This document shows, piece after piece, positions 1 through 10,800 of a DNA stretch of 64,000 bases; within the stretch, counting starts at the first letter, position 1, and every line of letters begins with the position of its first letter. Position numbers and translations under genes: made by a program. The notes under the pieces were generated by a model that was not told the DNA's origin, did no database searches, and saw nothing but the letters and a program-made list of their open reading frames with translations. Origin of the DNA: an uncultured Eubacteriales bacterium (lineage in GTDB: Bacteria > Bacillota > Clostridia > Oscillospirales > CAG-272); NCBI GenBank assembly GCA_934446485.1, contig CAKSEM010000001.1, positions 12,594 through 76,593 of the forward strand, read 5' to 3'.

Positions 1-1
1 G

Positions 2-97
2 AAGGATAATAGAGAAGTAATTGATAACGTCAAGCAACAGCTTACACAGGCACTTGTTGACGTAGTACATGATTTTGATGAAACTTGGCATGGATAA
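2..97 (+). CDS. 3' end of an upstream gene truncated by the window edge
   Basis: Frame is open from the window start (...DNVKQQLTQALVDVVHDFDETWHG*) and ends at TAA 95-97, just before the next ATG. Confidence 0.3.
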   Translation, partial: KDNREVIDNVKQQLTQALVDVVHDFDETWHG

Positions 98-100
98 ACA

Positions 101-1144
101 ATGTCGTTCATAGGAGATATATGGGGTAATGTGAAATTTAATGCTGGTAAGGCTGCTGCTAATGCAGCCTCCAGCGTTTCATGGGCTTATACACATTCCC
201 CAGCACAAGAAGTGATTTATAGAAACAATCGGGCATACAAGTCTGTTCTTGTTCATGTGGCAAAACAACTTGCTATGTCTGAGATTGAGGGACAGATAAA
301 TAAACTATTCCCGAAGTATCAAAGGTATCTGGAGAAAACATTGCGTAAGACTGTATTGGAACAGCAAAAGTCCAATCAGGTGCAACTCATTAGGAACCGT
401 GAATCCCAAATGAAAGAATGGGGGCGCATAACAGCAGATGGTGGTCATGCTATTATTGCCAAAGACAAGTATGGCAATGCCGTTCCAGAATCTCTCATGT
501 TATTTTATGATGGTGATACAGATATACTTGTTGAAGATGTTAAAATTGTTGGTGATAAACAAGTAAAGGACAGTTACACAACAAAAACCATTTGTTTTAT
601 TGACATCAATCCAGATGTTGCTATTCAAAGTTCTAAGAATATAGTTATGACCACAGTTCAAGGTCGTGATTATACTCGTAAGGAGTTGGTGTCTGGAGGT
701 GACTTGAACTTTACGGTTACTGGTGAGATTGTCAGCAATGAGGAAGGAGTATATCCAGAAAATGATGTCAAGAAGTTTATCCAGATTATGCAATATGGCG
801 GTGTTGTGAATGTCAACCACTTCCAGTTCAAGCAGTTTAATGTGGATAAGATTATCATTAAGGACTTTAATATGCAAAATCAAGAGTTCAAGAACATCCA
901 GCCATATACATTTACTTGTGTTGCTGTTGAACCAGATGAAGATGTTGTAGTGAAGTCAGATACTATCGCTGTCATTAATCGTGAGATAGAAGTAAGTCCA
1001 ATGAGCAAGTGGTATAAATTGATTTTGAATAATAAGTATGCTGAGATTGTTGCAAATGCAGCAGCATCTGCTGTAAGCTCTACGGTAAATGCTGGCGTAG
1101 ATGCGGCTGGAAACGGTCTTGATAAACTCGTAGATAAGATATAA
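101..1144 (+). CDS. Hypothetical virion (tail/baseplate module) protein
   Basis: 347-aa ORF, first in a run of abutting same-strand ORFs. Ala/Ser-rich termini. No motif I can name. Confidence 0.6.
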   Translation: MSFIGDIWGNVKFNAGKAAANAASSVSWAYTHSPAQEVIYRNNRAYKSVLVHVAKQLAMSEIEGQINKLFPKYQRYLEKTLRKTVLEQQKSNQVQLIRNRESQMKEWGRITADGGHAIIAKDKYGNAVPESLMLFYDGDTDILVEDVKIVGDKQVKDSYTTKTICFIDINPDVAIQSSKNIVMTTVQGRDYTRKELVSGGDLNFTVTGEIVSNEEGVYPENDVKKFIQIMQYGGVVNVNHFQFKQFNVDKIIIKDFNMQNQEFKNIQPYTFTCVAVEPDEDVVVKSDTIAVINREIEVSPMSKWYKLILNNKYAEIVANAAASAVSSTVNAGVDAAGNGLDKLVDKI

Positions 1145-2592
1145 TGGCAGCAGTAAAAGGACAGCCGAGCTTTCATATCCTCATTTCTCTTATAGAGATT
1201 TGGGATATGAAAGACCCGAAGAAACCAATGGCAGAACCAGAAAGCCCATTGCGCATAACTGAGGTAGAAAGCATCCAGATAGATGATTCGTATCGAAAGT
1301 TGATAGGCACAGCATCGGTAAAATTCCCTCGTGGCACGGTCATTAAAAAGACCATCACCACTTTGAATGAACAAGAAAATGCCAATAAGGTGTCGGCAAC
1401 TGTTGATGATGCTGGAGTATTGATAACCACCAGAACCGACTCAAAGGTTGCTTCTGTTGCAGATTTCAAGGTAGGTCAGAGAATACGGATTTACTTGGGA
1501 TATACAGAAGACCCAACGATTGCAGCTCTCACAAAACTTGATGCAAGCAAGAAGTCTATATTCAATGACAGCGACAAATTGAAAAAGTATAAGGAGAAAT
1601 TGAAGATTATGTTTGAAGGCTATATTACAAAATGTAGCATTGATACTCCTATTGAAATACAATGTGAGAATCTTGCCAGCGGCTTAAAAAAGATAACATG
1701 TCCAAAGGTTACAGCAAAGAAAAACATGACAGTAAATGACTTCTTAGCCGATAACGGAAAATATAAGTTACTTAAAAACAGTGGCTTGTCATTACATCCA
1801 GAAACTAAGTCATGTGAAATCAATATAGGAAAGGTAAATTTGACCAGTGATTTGACTGTAGCGGATGTGTTGACTGAATGGAGTAAGTATAAGGTGTTTG
1901 CTTTTGTTAAATTTAACGGAGATACGCCATACATCGCTGTTGGACGCTCTTATTTTTCCAATCCTGGTAAGGATTCTGTGCTGAATTATAGCGACAATAA
2001 ATCAGATATTCCAGAAATCCTTTTTGATTATCATGTTGCCAATAATGGTTTGACATTGATGAATACAGACAAGGACTTTTTAGCTGTTGAGGCTACAGGG
2101 TTAGATAAGGATGATAAGTTCTATCATATTACCATTCGCAAGAATCCAGATTATAATTCAAGTAAGAAAGGCTCTAAGAAATGGCAAGTGATGAACGAAA
2201 CAAAGTTGTCAAAAAAAGCCATGAAGTTAGGCGCAACTCCTCTTACAAAATCGAAAGATAGAGTAGATTTAAGTAAATATACAGTAATTCCTTATATGTC
2301 ACGCAAAATAGGTATTACCAAGGAAGCATTGTTGCAAGAAGCAATCAAATATTTTGAGAGCTATAATATGAACGGTATTGATGGACAGCTAACATTATTT
2401 GGTGACTTGAACTTGAAGACAGCTCAAAAAGTTCAGCTTACAGACAAACGCCATCCAGCCAAAAACGGCTATTATTTAGTAGATGAGATTTCGACAACTT
2501 TTGGTACTGGTGGTTATCGTCAGACGATAAAGTTGCCATATTGCATTGCAAAAATAAAGTCTGAAGATAAGAATGACAAGAAAACTACATAG
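1144..2592 (+). CDS. Hypothetical baseplate/tail protein (true start may be ATG 1207 or 1228)
   Basis: 482-aa ORF whose ATG overlaps the previous stop (TAATG). Sits upstream of the spike and fibre genes. Confidence 0.6.
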   Translation: MAAVKGQPSFHILISLIEIWDMKDPKKPMAEPESPLRITEVESIQIDDSYRKLIGTASVKFPRGTVIKKTITTLNEQENANKVSATVDDAGVLITTRTDSKVASVADFKVGQRIRIYLGYTEDPTIAALTKLDASKKSIFNDSDKLKKYKEKLKIMFEGYITKCSIDTPIEIQCENLASGLKKITCPKVTAKKNMTVNDFLADNGKYKLLKNSGLSLHPETKSCEINIGKVNLTSDLTVADVLTEWSKYKVFAFVKFNGDTPYIAVGRSYFSNPGKDSVLNYSDNKSDIPEILFDYHVANNGLTLMNTDKDFLAVEATGLDKDDKFYHITIRKNPDYNSSKKGSKKWQVMNETKLSKKAMKLGATPLTKSKDRVDLSKYTVIPYMSRKIGITKEALLQEAIKYFESYNMNGIDGQLTLFGDLNLKTAQKVQLTDKRHPAKNGYYLVDEISTTFGTGGYRQTIKLPYCIAKIKSEDKNDKKTT

Positions 2593-3538
2593 TGATTTGA
2601 GTCAGAACCAGACTATTCGTGAGGCTATCCGAAAGATAGCCTTGCGTGGTTTGGTAGACCCAAGCACAAATACGGTTCACGATACAGGTAGAGTCACAGG
2701 ATATGTCTGTAAGATTCATTCTGATGAAAGCGATGAGCTGTTTGGTACGGTAGACGTTCAAGAATACCCTACTATGGCATTTGAAACAACAGATGATATG
2801 CCAGTAGGTTTACATGAAGGTGTATTGCTAAGTGCCATGCAAAACAATATGAATGGAATGGTTATTATTCCTAAGCTGTATTCTGAAGTCACCATAGTGA
2901 CCGATCCTGCAAGTCATACAGAGTATGTTTCCATGTTTTCCCATGTAGACATCATCCAGCTCGATTCACATGACACTATCACAGTAGGCGTGAAAGAACG
3001 AGAACCGTTTAACGAAAGCGATGAAGACTCTCCAGATGTCAACGAATTGGAGGAGACAGGTGTGTATTCTCAAACAACATACAAGAAAAATTCTATCGTG
3101 ACCCAAGTTCAAGATAAAGATGATAAGAATAAGTCATCATTATCTATGGATGGCAATCAAATATGCGCAGCTGTTGGCAATGCTGAGAGCGAATATATCC
3201 AGAACCACGATAAGATAAGAGCAGCGCACGATAAGGCAGAGTTGGAGCTGAATGGCAGTGAAAGCACTATGAAATTTGGAGGTTCCAAAGTAAAGGTAGA
3301 AGATGGAACTGTCTATTTGGGCAGTGATAGTGGAACCGATGATGCTGTACTTGGTGGTCAATTAGCAGACATATTGATGGATATTGTTGGCTATATCAGT
3401 CAGATAAAGACAACCACACAACTTGGCCCACAACCACCTCTGAATATGGCACAGTTCATAGCTTTGAAATCAAAGATTAATTCGTTCAAGTCTTCGCATA
3501 GCGGATTCTTGACTAAGAAAGTACAAGTACAGAAATAA
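2573..3538 (+). CDS. Hypothetical baseplate/spike-like protein
   Basis: 321-aa ORF overlapping its neighbours. The product call rests only on context. Confidence 0.5.
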   Translation: MTRKLHSDLSQNQTIREAIRKIALRGLVDPSTNTVHDTGRVTGYVCKIHSDESDELFGTVDVQEYPTMAFETTDDMPVGLHEGVLLSAMQNNMNGMVIIPKLYSEVTIVTDPASHTEYVSMFSHVDIIQLDSHDTITVGVKEREPFNESDEDSPDVNELEETGVYSQTTYKKNSIVTQVQDKDDKNKSSLSMDGNQICAAVGNAESEYIQNHDKIRAAHDKAELELNGSESTMKFGGSKVKVEDGTVYLGSDSGTDDAVLGGQLADILMDIVGYISQIKTTTQLGPQPPLNMAQFIALKSKINSFKSSHSGFLTKKVQVQK

Positions 3539-5322
3539 TGGCAGAAGCAAAGTTAAATTTCAATGAAGAGAGTCTGGATAAGAAGTCCAGCTTATATGAT
3601 TTGTACAGTCGCTTCTTCCAGGGCATGACTGAAGCGAATAAAGTAGATGCACCAGATTATTCGGAAAATCCACCTTTGAATGAAGATGGCTCTATAAATA
3701 ATGAAAAAATAGCAGAAGGTCTCGCTGAATACTCGCAGATATTAATGAAAAACTCTGCTTACATGATGGCAAATGCCATTATTTCGACAGTAAGCAGTGG
3801 CGGTTCTGGAGGCGAAGGGGGCGGTGGTCTTGGCTATATCGCACGTTCTGGTGATTCTATGACAGGTATGCTTGGGGCATTATATGGCTTCCAGGCAGGA
3901 TATGACAATAAGATGATTTTCGATGTTGCAGTAGATGCGAGCAACAAGAAAGTTGCCCATGTCTATGGAAATCTTATTGTTGATGAAGATGAGACCATTG
4001 CAGGAAAGCTTATATTGTCGGATGCTGGCTTATATTTTGGGAAAAGTCAGACCATGTGGATTGCAGATAATAAGTTAAATTTTGCATATCAGAACATCCA
4101 GTTTGCTGGTGAGGTTAGCATTGATGGTTCGCTGTCAATTGGTGACTTTAAGATAACGCAGAATGGTATATCTATGGGCGAGAATGAGTTCTACCATAGC
4201 GGTAACTGCAATAATAAAGACACCGATTGGGCAATGAAAAATGCCCATGTTTACGGAGACCTTATTGTTGAGGGTTCGTATGAGCAAAAAGGAGGTTTGA
4301 AAGCTCTGTATGGTTTTGAGTTAGGTGAATATGGCAAGAGGATGTTATATTCTGTCAAGGATGACGCTAATAAAGAAACTGGTCATGTAGCATTGATTTC
4401 AGACCTTGTAATAGCCCCGACATGTGGTATTAAGTTTGGAGAATCGTATATCATCAAGGTAAGAGGTGGTGAGAATAGCAATATCATATCCATTGCATCG
4501 CCAGGTAAAGTAATGAACCTTGGAGATAGCGATGGGGAGGTTAAGACCACACGAATATCACTTCAGACAGAAATTTGGGACTACAACAGTTCATATAGAA
4601 TTATCAGTCAGTATGGCGATGGACATTTTAGAAACTCATTGGAAGCTGGATGCAGTGCGTCGGGTGATACTGTATTAAGAACGTACCACAATTCCGATGT
4701 GGAGTGCGGTGTTGCTTTTTATAAGAAGGTTCGTTTCGGCAAACTTGAAACTGCCCCCAATATGTATGCAGATGACACCAACACCATATTATATGGCTCG
4801 TTACCATATATAAGAGTGTTGAATGATGTGCCAAAAACAGAGCATATCCCATTCAGTTTTCGATACATTCAGACAGAATCGCTGTTTAAGAATCAAAGCT
4901 CAGAATGGTCAGCTACGTTGGAGCTTGACACAGAAGCAGAGTTCTTTAGATTGTCAAAGCCTGTAGAATCTTCCGCTTTCTCAATCTCCAGTGAAAAATA
5001 CAAGACACGGCTTGCTGAAAATGTGCTGTATTTTGCTGATGCAGTTTATCTGGAAGGTGTTACAGATGGCATAAAATATCAAGGAAATGCTTATTTCACA
5101 GGCGCATTAAGCTCCCAGAGATTTGCAAGCGGCTTTGCTGGATATGGCTGGGCTGTAATGAACAGCAAGCTATATGGTGGTTATGCAGCAACATTTGATG
5201 AGTTGACTGTGCGTAAAAAGATGCGCATATATGAACTGGAAGTCCAGAAAATATCGGTTACAAATGGCTCTCTATGGGTAAGTGATGCTTGTTCTGGAGA
5301 CCTCGTAGAAGAAGTTTTATAA
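3538..5322 (+). CDS. Tail fibre-like structural protein
   Basis: 594-aa ORF with a TAATG overlap and a Gly-rich linker (SGGSGGEGGGG). Beta-rich composition, tail-module context. Confidence 0.55.
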   Translation: MAEAKLNFNEESLDKKSSLYDLYSRFFQGMTEANKVDAPDYSENPPLNEDGSINNEKIAEGLAEYSQILMKNSAYMMANAIISTVSSGGSGGEGGGGLGYIARSGDSMTGMLGALYGFQAGYDNKMIFDVAVDASNKKVAHVYGNLIVDEDETIAGKLILSDAGLYFGKSQTMWIADNKLNFAYQNIQFAGEVSIDGSLSIGDFKITQNGISMGENEFYHSGNCNNKDTDWAMKNAHVYGDLIVEGSYEQKGGLKALYGFELGEYGKRMLYSVKDDANKETGHVALISDLVIAPTCGIKFGESYIIKVRGGENSNIISIASPGKVMNLGDSDGEVKTTRISLQTEIWDYNSSYRIISQYGDGHFRNSLEAGCSASGDTVLRTYHNSDVECGVAFYKKVRFGKLETAPNMYADDTNTILYGSLPYIRVLNDVPKTEHIPFSFRYIQTESLFKNQSSEWSATLELDTEAEFFRLSKPVESSAFSISSEKYKTRLAENVLYFADAVYLEGVTDGIKYQGNAYFTGALSSQRFASGFAGYGWAVMNSKLYGGYAATFDELTVRKKMRIYELEVQKISVTNGSLWVSDACSGDLVEEVL

Positions 5323-7737
5323 ATGGCTTTATTCAACTATAAGAAATACAAGGTGTCATTGCGTCACGATACAAAGAAGACGCAAGGCTTGAAGACTGGT
5401 GATATAGTAAGGCGGCAATATTTTGACGGCAAAAATCTCATATACTCCTTGATGTGTGTATTAACATACGGAAAGGAAACAGTTGTTGATGAGGAAACAC
5501 AAGAGATAGTAGAGCGAGATTATTTTATTGGAGCATTGCTGGAAGGTGATGCGCCATCCAGTGACCAGTTACTTGACTTCGCCAGAATAACCAATCTGTT
5601 TGATGAAGAACGTTCGGGGGCATTGTATCTAACAGCTTCCGATCAAGAGTCTCCATATATGGACGTTATTGATGGAATTGGTAGAAATCAGAGTTTGTGT
5701 TGGCCAGAAGACGTAAGTGCAGACTATGAAGATCCAAAATCTCAGTATGTCATAATTAATAAAGGCAAGGCGTATGGTGAGTACAAAGATATACAGCAAG
5801 ACAATAGCCGTGTGTTGAAGTTGGGTGTGTCTGTTGCAGAGGACAATGTGCCAACAGGTATCTCCCAGGATTTTTATGAATATGTTGCAAATCCGAATCG
5901 TGTTGTAATATCATATAAAATCAAAGGAAGTGGTGAACAAACATGGAAAGCATCGTTAGGCTATACTAATGGCGAACACACAGATGCTGAGTTTGATGTA
6001 CCAGTAACGACAGAATGGCAATATAAACTCCATGTGGTCACAATAGATTGGTCGGGAAGGCATTTACGCACATTTAAGCTACAGCGTGATTGCAACCATG
6101 AAGATAGTGTAGAAATAGCCGACTTCAACATTATATTGCTGTCCAGTCTGACTAATTTTAATGATGCAAGCCAAATTCGTGTTGGTAAGCTATCTGGGTT
6201 GGTAGACCCTGTATTCGGACAGCTTGATAGCTATGGCGGTTATTTTCAGAAACTTTTCGCTTCTGGTTCTGCTCATGTTTCTGGCACGTTGACAGCTGGT
6301 GATGAGCATGGATTTGCGGCAACATTCTATGCTGGAAAGATACATCGTAATGCGTTTTTGAACTCGTTGGATGCCAATTTTACGTCTGGAATAGACATAA
6401 ATAAAGATGTCGCAGCACCATGTGGTGTCGGAAAGGTATATTCATTTTCCAATGAAGTTGAGATACAGGCACAGGAAGCAAGTTGGTTGAAAGAACATAT
6501 CGGTAAGGTGTATTGCCTTTCATTCTGGCTATACGCAAAGAAAGCATGTCAGATTTCAGTCTTGCAGAACGGTCATGTTGTCGGCACTTTCAGATTCTCT
6601 TCCAGTCAATGCCTTGCTTGGGAAAGAAAAAGCGTAACTTTTGAACTATATGGAGGAGCTGACGATAATACACCATTGCTCATATCACTTGCACCAGCCT
6701 TTGAAGGTGATGAAGAAGGAGCTGAAGAGCTTGTTTATCTGTCAGCACCACAATTAGAGGAGGGTAAAACCGTTACCCAATACCAGCCGACAGATGAAGT
6801 GGTTAAATTCAGTGAAGATTATGGCGCATGGTTTAGCCGTGGTGGTATTGGCGGTACAATTCAGAACCCATTGCTTCAATTGAATTTTGATGGAGCTGGG
6901 AGTATCGGTACACGCACGAAGTCATTCTTATTGAGAGTTGATGGCTCTGGTTATCTCGCAAATATGAATATTGAATGGGATAGCGATGGCAAGGTTACTT
7001 TTGGTGAAAACGTAACATTGAACTGGTCTAACTTAGACTCAACTGTTCGTAAGGAAATTTCCAGTAAGTCCATCAAAATCAACGGAGCTGACACATTCAC
7101 TATGATGGGTGATGAATCTTCTTCAGCTACAGAGTTTTATCCAAAGACGATAACACTTAATATTGAAGAAGAAAATATAACATCAACATCAAGCCAACGT
7201 CAATGGTACTACTTAAAAGACAACGAATGGGTTAAGATAAAATCTGCAAATGCAAAGCAGTATGTGGTCTATCCAGATTCGTCTATGTGGAATGATGGAA
7301 GTGTGCTAACATTAAAATGTACAGTAACTATAGGCGCAAATACATATAGTGATACTTTTACTATTCGCAAGCAGCATATTGTCGGCTATACAGTGGAAGT
7401 GACTTCCAATCAAGGAAAGTCATTTAAGAATGGTAGTTGCTCAACGATTCTCCATGCAGATGTATACTATCAAGGTAAGCTGGTTGATCCTCAGTATGTC
7501 AAAGATAATTTTACATTTGTCTGGAAGAAATTTCATTTGCCAGATGTAAAGAATGAAGTTGATGGTTGGTGGAATGAGCAACAAGACGCTAATGGCAACA
7601 TTCTCCAAGCAGCAATTGACAGAACACAACAAGAAATAGTGTTGGGATATAAGATTACAGGTAGCGACCTGTTTGTATGTGAATTACAGAACGGAAGCTC
7701 AGTATTCCCATATACATTCCCTGTTATTCTTGCTTAA
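5323..7737 (+). CDS. Tail fibre / receptor-binding-like protein
   Basis: 804-aa ORF. Carries 'NIEWDSDGKVTFGENVTLNW', the same motif type repeated in fibre ORF 16334-19984. Confidence 0.55.
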   Translation: MALFNYKKYKVSLRHDTKKTQGLKTGDIVRRQYFDGKNLIYSLMCVLTYGKETVVDEETQEIVERDYFIGALLEGDAPSSDQLLDFARITNLFDEERSGALYLTASDQESPYMDVIDGIGRNQSLCWPEDVSADYEDPKSQYVIINKGKAYGEYKDIQQDNSRVLKLGVSVAEDNVPTGISQDFYEYVANPNRVVISYKIKGSGEQTWKASLGYTNGEHTDAEFDVPVTTEWQYKLHVVTIDWSGRHLRTFKLQRDCNHEDSVEIADFNIILLSSLTNFNDASQIRVGKLSGLVDPVFGQLDSYGGYFQKLFASGSAHVSGTLTAGDEHGFAATFYAGKIHRNAFLNSLDANFTSGIDINKDVAAPCGVGKVYSFSNEVEIQAQEASWLKEHIGKVYCLSFWLYAKKACQISVLQNGHVVGTFRFSSSQCLAWERKSVTFELYGGADDNTPLLISLAPAFEGDEEGAEELVYLSAPQLEEGKTVTQYQPTDEVVKFSEDYGAWFSRGGIGGTIQNPLLQLNFDGAGSIGTRTKSFLLRVDGSGYLANMNIEWDSDGKVTFGENVTLNWSNLDSTVRKEISSKSIKINGADTFTMMGDESSSATEFYPKTITLNIEEENITSTSSQRQWYYLKDNEWVKIKSANAKQYVVYPDSSMWNDGSVLTLKCTVTIGANTYSDTFTIRKQHIVGYTVEVTSNQGKSFKNGSCSTILHADVYYQGKLVDPQYVKDNFTFVWKKFHLPDVKNEVDGWWNEQQDANGNILQAAIDRTQQEIVLGYKITGSDLFVCELQNGSSVFPYTFPVILA

Positions 7738-7859
7738 TATTTATCTCCATCCAGACAAATTGCTGGGTGGAGATAAAAAATAATTGAGATTTTCTACCCT
7801 TTGCCAATGGTGAGAATCACTATTCATCTATACAGTGAACAAAAATCTCAATAAAAATT

Positions 7860-10800
7860 ATGGCAACAGACATTTCAAAACTGCTTAACAAGCAGCCAAA
7901 CTCCAGCCAGCAAGCAGCAACAGAGACTGTTCCAGCCAATGAGAAGGTAACTTCTGATGAATGGAACACTTTAGTGCAAGCTGTGCAGGAGAATCAAGCC
8001 AGCGTTAAAGTGGTGAAGATGGGAACCAATGAGTACAAGCCTGTTGATGGCGTTGTGACTTTGCCTTATACAGCCGAAGGTTCCGAAGTCAGTTTGAAAA
8101 CAACTGATGACTTGAAATCTATGGTAAGTATTACTGGCAAAGCCACATTGCACTTATTGTATACCAGTACATCGGCTGGTTACGATACAGGCAATAGTGG
8201 TGTGCTTTACATCCAGACCTATGCAAATGGTCAGTGGACTACGCAAGGCACAATGGCGATGGCTTCCAAGAATATCGCAGCTGACTATGATGAAATTGAT
8301 ATTACCAGTTATTTGTCAACTGGTAGTAATCGTGTGCGTGTATATGTTTATGATGAAGGATTCGGCACTCAATCAAATCCTATAATCTTTGAATCAATTG
8401 TACTTACTACATTAAGAGTAGAGTTGGCTTCAGAGTATTACCACCCTGTAACTACAGACTACCTCCAGCCATCTTATTATATATATGGTGCTGGCGTGAA
8501 GAAGACGTTGCATTTGAAGGTAAGTGGTAAAACCGCTGATGGTCAAGACGGATTCAGAGAGATTACTTACTCTATAGGCACAAACACTTACACAACTTCT
8601 GCATATACAGGAGCAGCAATTAATGACACCAGCTCTCAAACTGTCAAGATTATTAATCATGGCGTTCATACAGTTGAGGCGTGGGTGACATGCGTAGATG
8701 GTTCTGGAAAGGAACTTGAATCAGAACATATTGTCAACTCGTTTATGCTTGTTGTAAATGAAGATGATATGACTCCTTACTTGCTTGTTCAAAACCTAAA
8801 GACAAAGGTTGTGAATTACGAGCAGATAGTTCTGTTCGACTATGCGGTTTACAATCCGAATAGTGAAGCTATGAGCATTGCCATTGTTATGAGTGATTAT
8901 GACAATGTAATGGAGTATTTGCGATTGGAGAATGAAACAATGCCGAATACGCCTAATTCTGTAGAAACAACAGTTGAGGTTGAGAATGATTCCGATGACA
9001 TTCTTTATTCTTATTTGCATATTTACAGAGTTGTTGATGGCAAGGAATATAATTTCTTGAAGGAATCTACAGGAACAGAATCGGAAATCATAACTGTTGA
9101 CAATACAGAGAAGTTTAGCCCTACAAGTGGTGTTGATTTCTTCTTGAACCCGAAAGTAAGAAACAATAGTGAGTCAAATCCTGCCAGAATCTTAAATGCA
9201 GCAAAAGGCAATGTTGAGTTGTCTGGAGCTAAATTTGAAAATTTTGGATTTGTGAATGACGGATGGATTAAAGCTGAAGACAAGCAGAGTGTCCTTCGTG
9301 TATTGGCTGGGCAAAAGGTGACGATACCTTATGAGCCTTGGGAGAATTTTAAGAACAATACAGCATCAAGCATGACATTGGAGCTTGATTTTAAGATTCG
9401 TAATGTAACTAATGAGTCTGATCCTATCATTCAATGCTGCTCGATCATCCAGGCAACAGGTAATCCGCTTGGATTGTTAATGCGTCCGCTTGATGGCTAT
9501 ATCAACACCGTTACTCAGTCAACTGAGGCAGACCAGAACTTTGGTTGGATGGAAAATGTACGCACTCACATTGCTATCAATGTAGTTCATGCCTTACGTT
9601 CTTCTTCTACCAATTCAACAACAGTATCTCTTGTGCGTGTGTTTATCAATGGCGTTCTGAACAGAGAGTTTCCATTTGATACAGCAACAGCAAACGAATT
9701 TATTTCATCTATGGGACATGGTGGAATTAGAATCGGACAAGACGATGCAGATGTGGACATTTATTCAATCCGATGCTATCAGAAAGCCTTGTCTTCTGAT
9801 GATTGTATGCAAGACTATAGTAGTACATTGCCTACATCTGAAGATAAAATTGCTTTCCGTAACGCTAATGCTATTGTACAAAACGGTGAGATAAATTATG
9901 CGCTTGCCAAGGAAAAATACAACGTACTTGTGTGGCACGGCTATGAGACATATCGTTTTGCAACAAATAATCAGACAGGATGGTTGGAAATATCCTTGCT
10001 AAATGAAGATGGCACACCAGACAATGCGCATAGCGGAACTATTGGCAAAAAATACGGCAAGCTTCCAGACAAAGGACAAGGCTCTACTGCTAAGACCTAC
10101 TATTGGTGGAATCAGCAGTGGGACATAAACAAGATGAAAGGTGATGATGGCAATTCGATTACTGATGACGGTTGGATAGACGGTAATGGTGATGAAAGAG
10201 GCAATGCCTATCAGCTTACCGATGATGTTCCAGCTGCCACTAAATTGGTATTGAAAATCAATTATGCTTCATCTATGCAGAGCCATAAACAAGGTGCAAC
10301 AGAGCTTTACAACTTGCTTCATACAGCTATTGTTGGTCAAAACTCCATGCAAAAGGCTAATCCGAAAGCAAGAGTTGCCGTATTGGAGCGTCCTGTACTT
10401 TACTTCATCCAGACTCCAGATGATTCAGAGCCTGTATTCCACGGCTTAGGAACATTTGGGCCTGGCAAGATGGACAAGAAGACATGGGGATATTCGTCCG
10501 ATAAGTTCCCAGACTTCGCTATGATGGAAGGCTCAGATAACAATAAGCCTTTAACTGATATGCGTGTCCCTTGGGACGATAAGGTAACATATAATGCTGA
10601 TGAAGAGTATTTTGAATATGCTGGCGATGGTAATATAGACTTTGATGCTGGTCTTACATACAAAGAATCAGATGATGAAGGTCATGTAAAAGGACAGCCA
10701 TTAGATACAATTACAGACTACTATAAGACTGCATGGAACTGGCTGTTTATGCACAATCCACGCATTAAGCCATATACAGATGGTAACTTCTCAACTTTCC

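Noticed and set aside
880-1374. The track lists many 60-220-aa antisense ORFs nested inside long plus-strand genes, for example 880-1374, 12344-12787, 30426-30851, 32847-33416, 33750-34139, 34397-34894 and 43858-44517.
   Set aside because: Each lies wholly within a much longer ORF with recognisable motifs. Their compositions are low-complexity mirror images of the sense strand: Ser/Leu-rich opposite coiled-coil Glu/Lys codons, Ser/Ala-rich opposite the acidic tail. They have no independent signals.
7741-7776. A 13-bp hairpin (tatctccatccag / ctgggtggagata) after the 804-aa fibre gene, considered as a rho-independent terminator.
   Set aside because: It is followed by an A run rather than a T run on the plus strand, so it does not fit the canonical terminator form. 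I kept it only as a possible RNA structure or processing site and did not call it as a feature.
7790-7805. TACCCTTTG upstream of the DGR target gene, considered as a TAnnTTTG promoter -7 box.
   Set aside because: It has three rather than two spacer nucleotides between TA and TTTG, and there is no well-spaced -33 TTTG. Support is insufficient.
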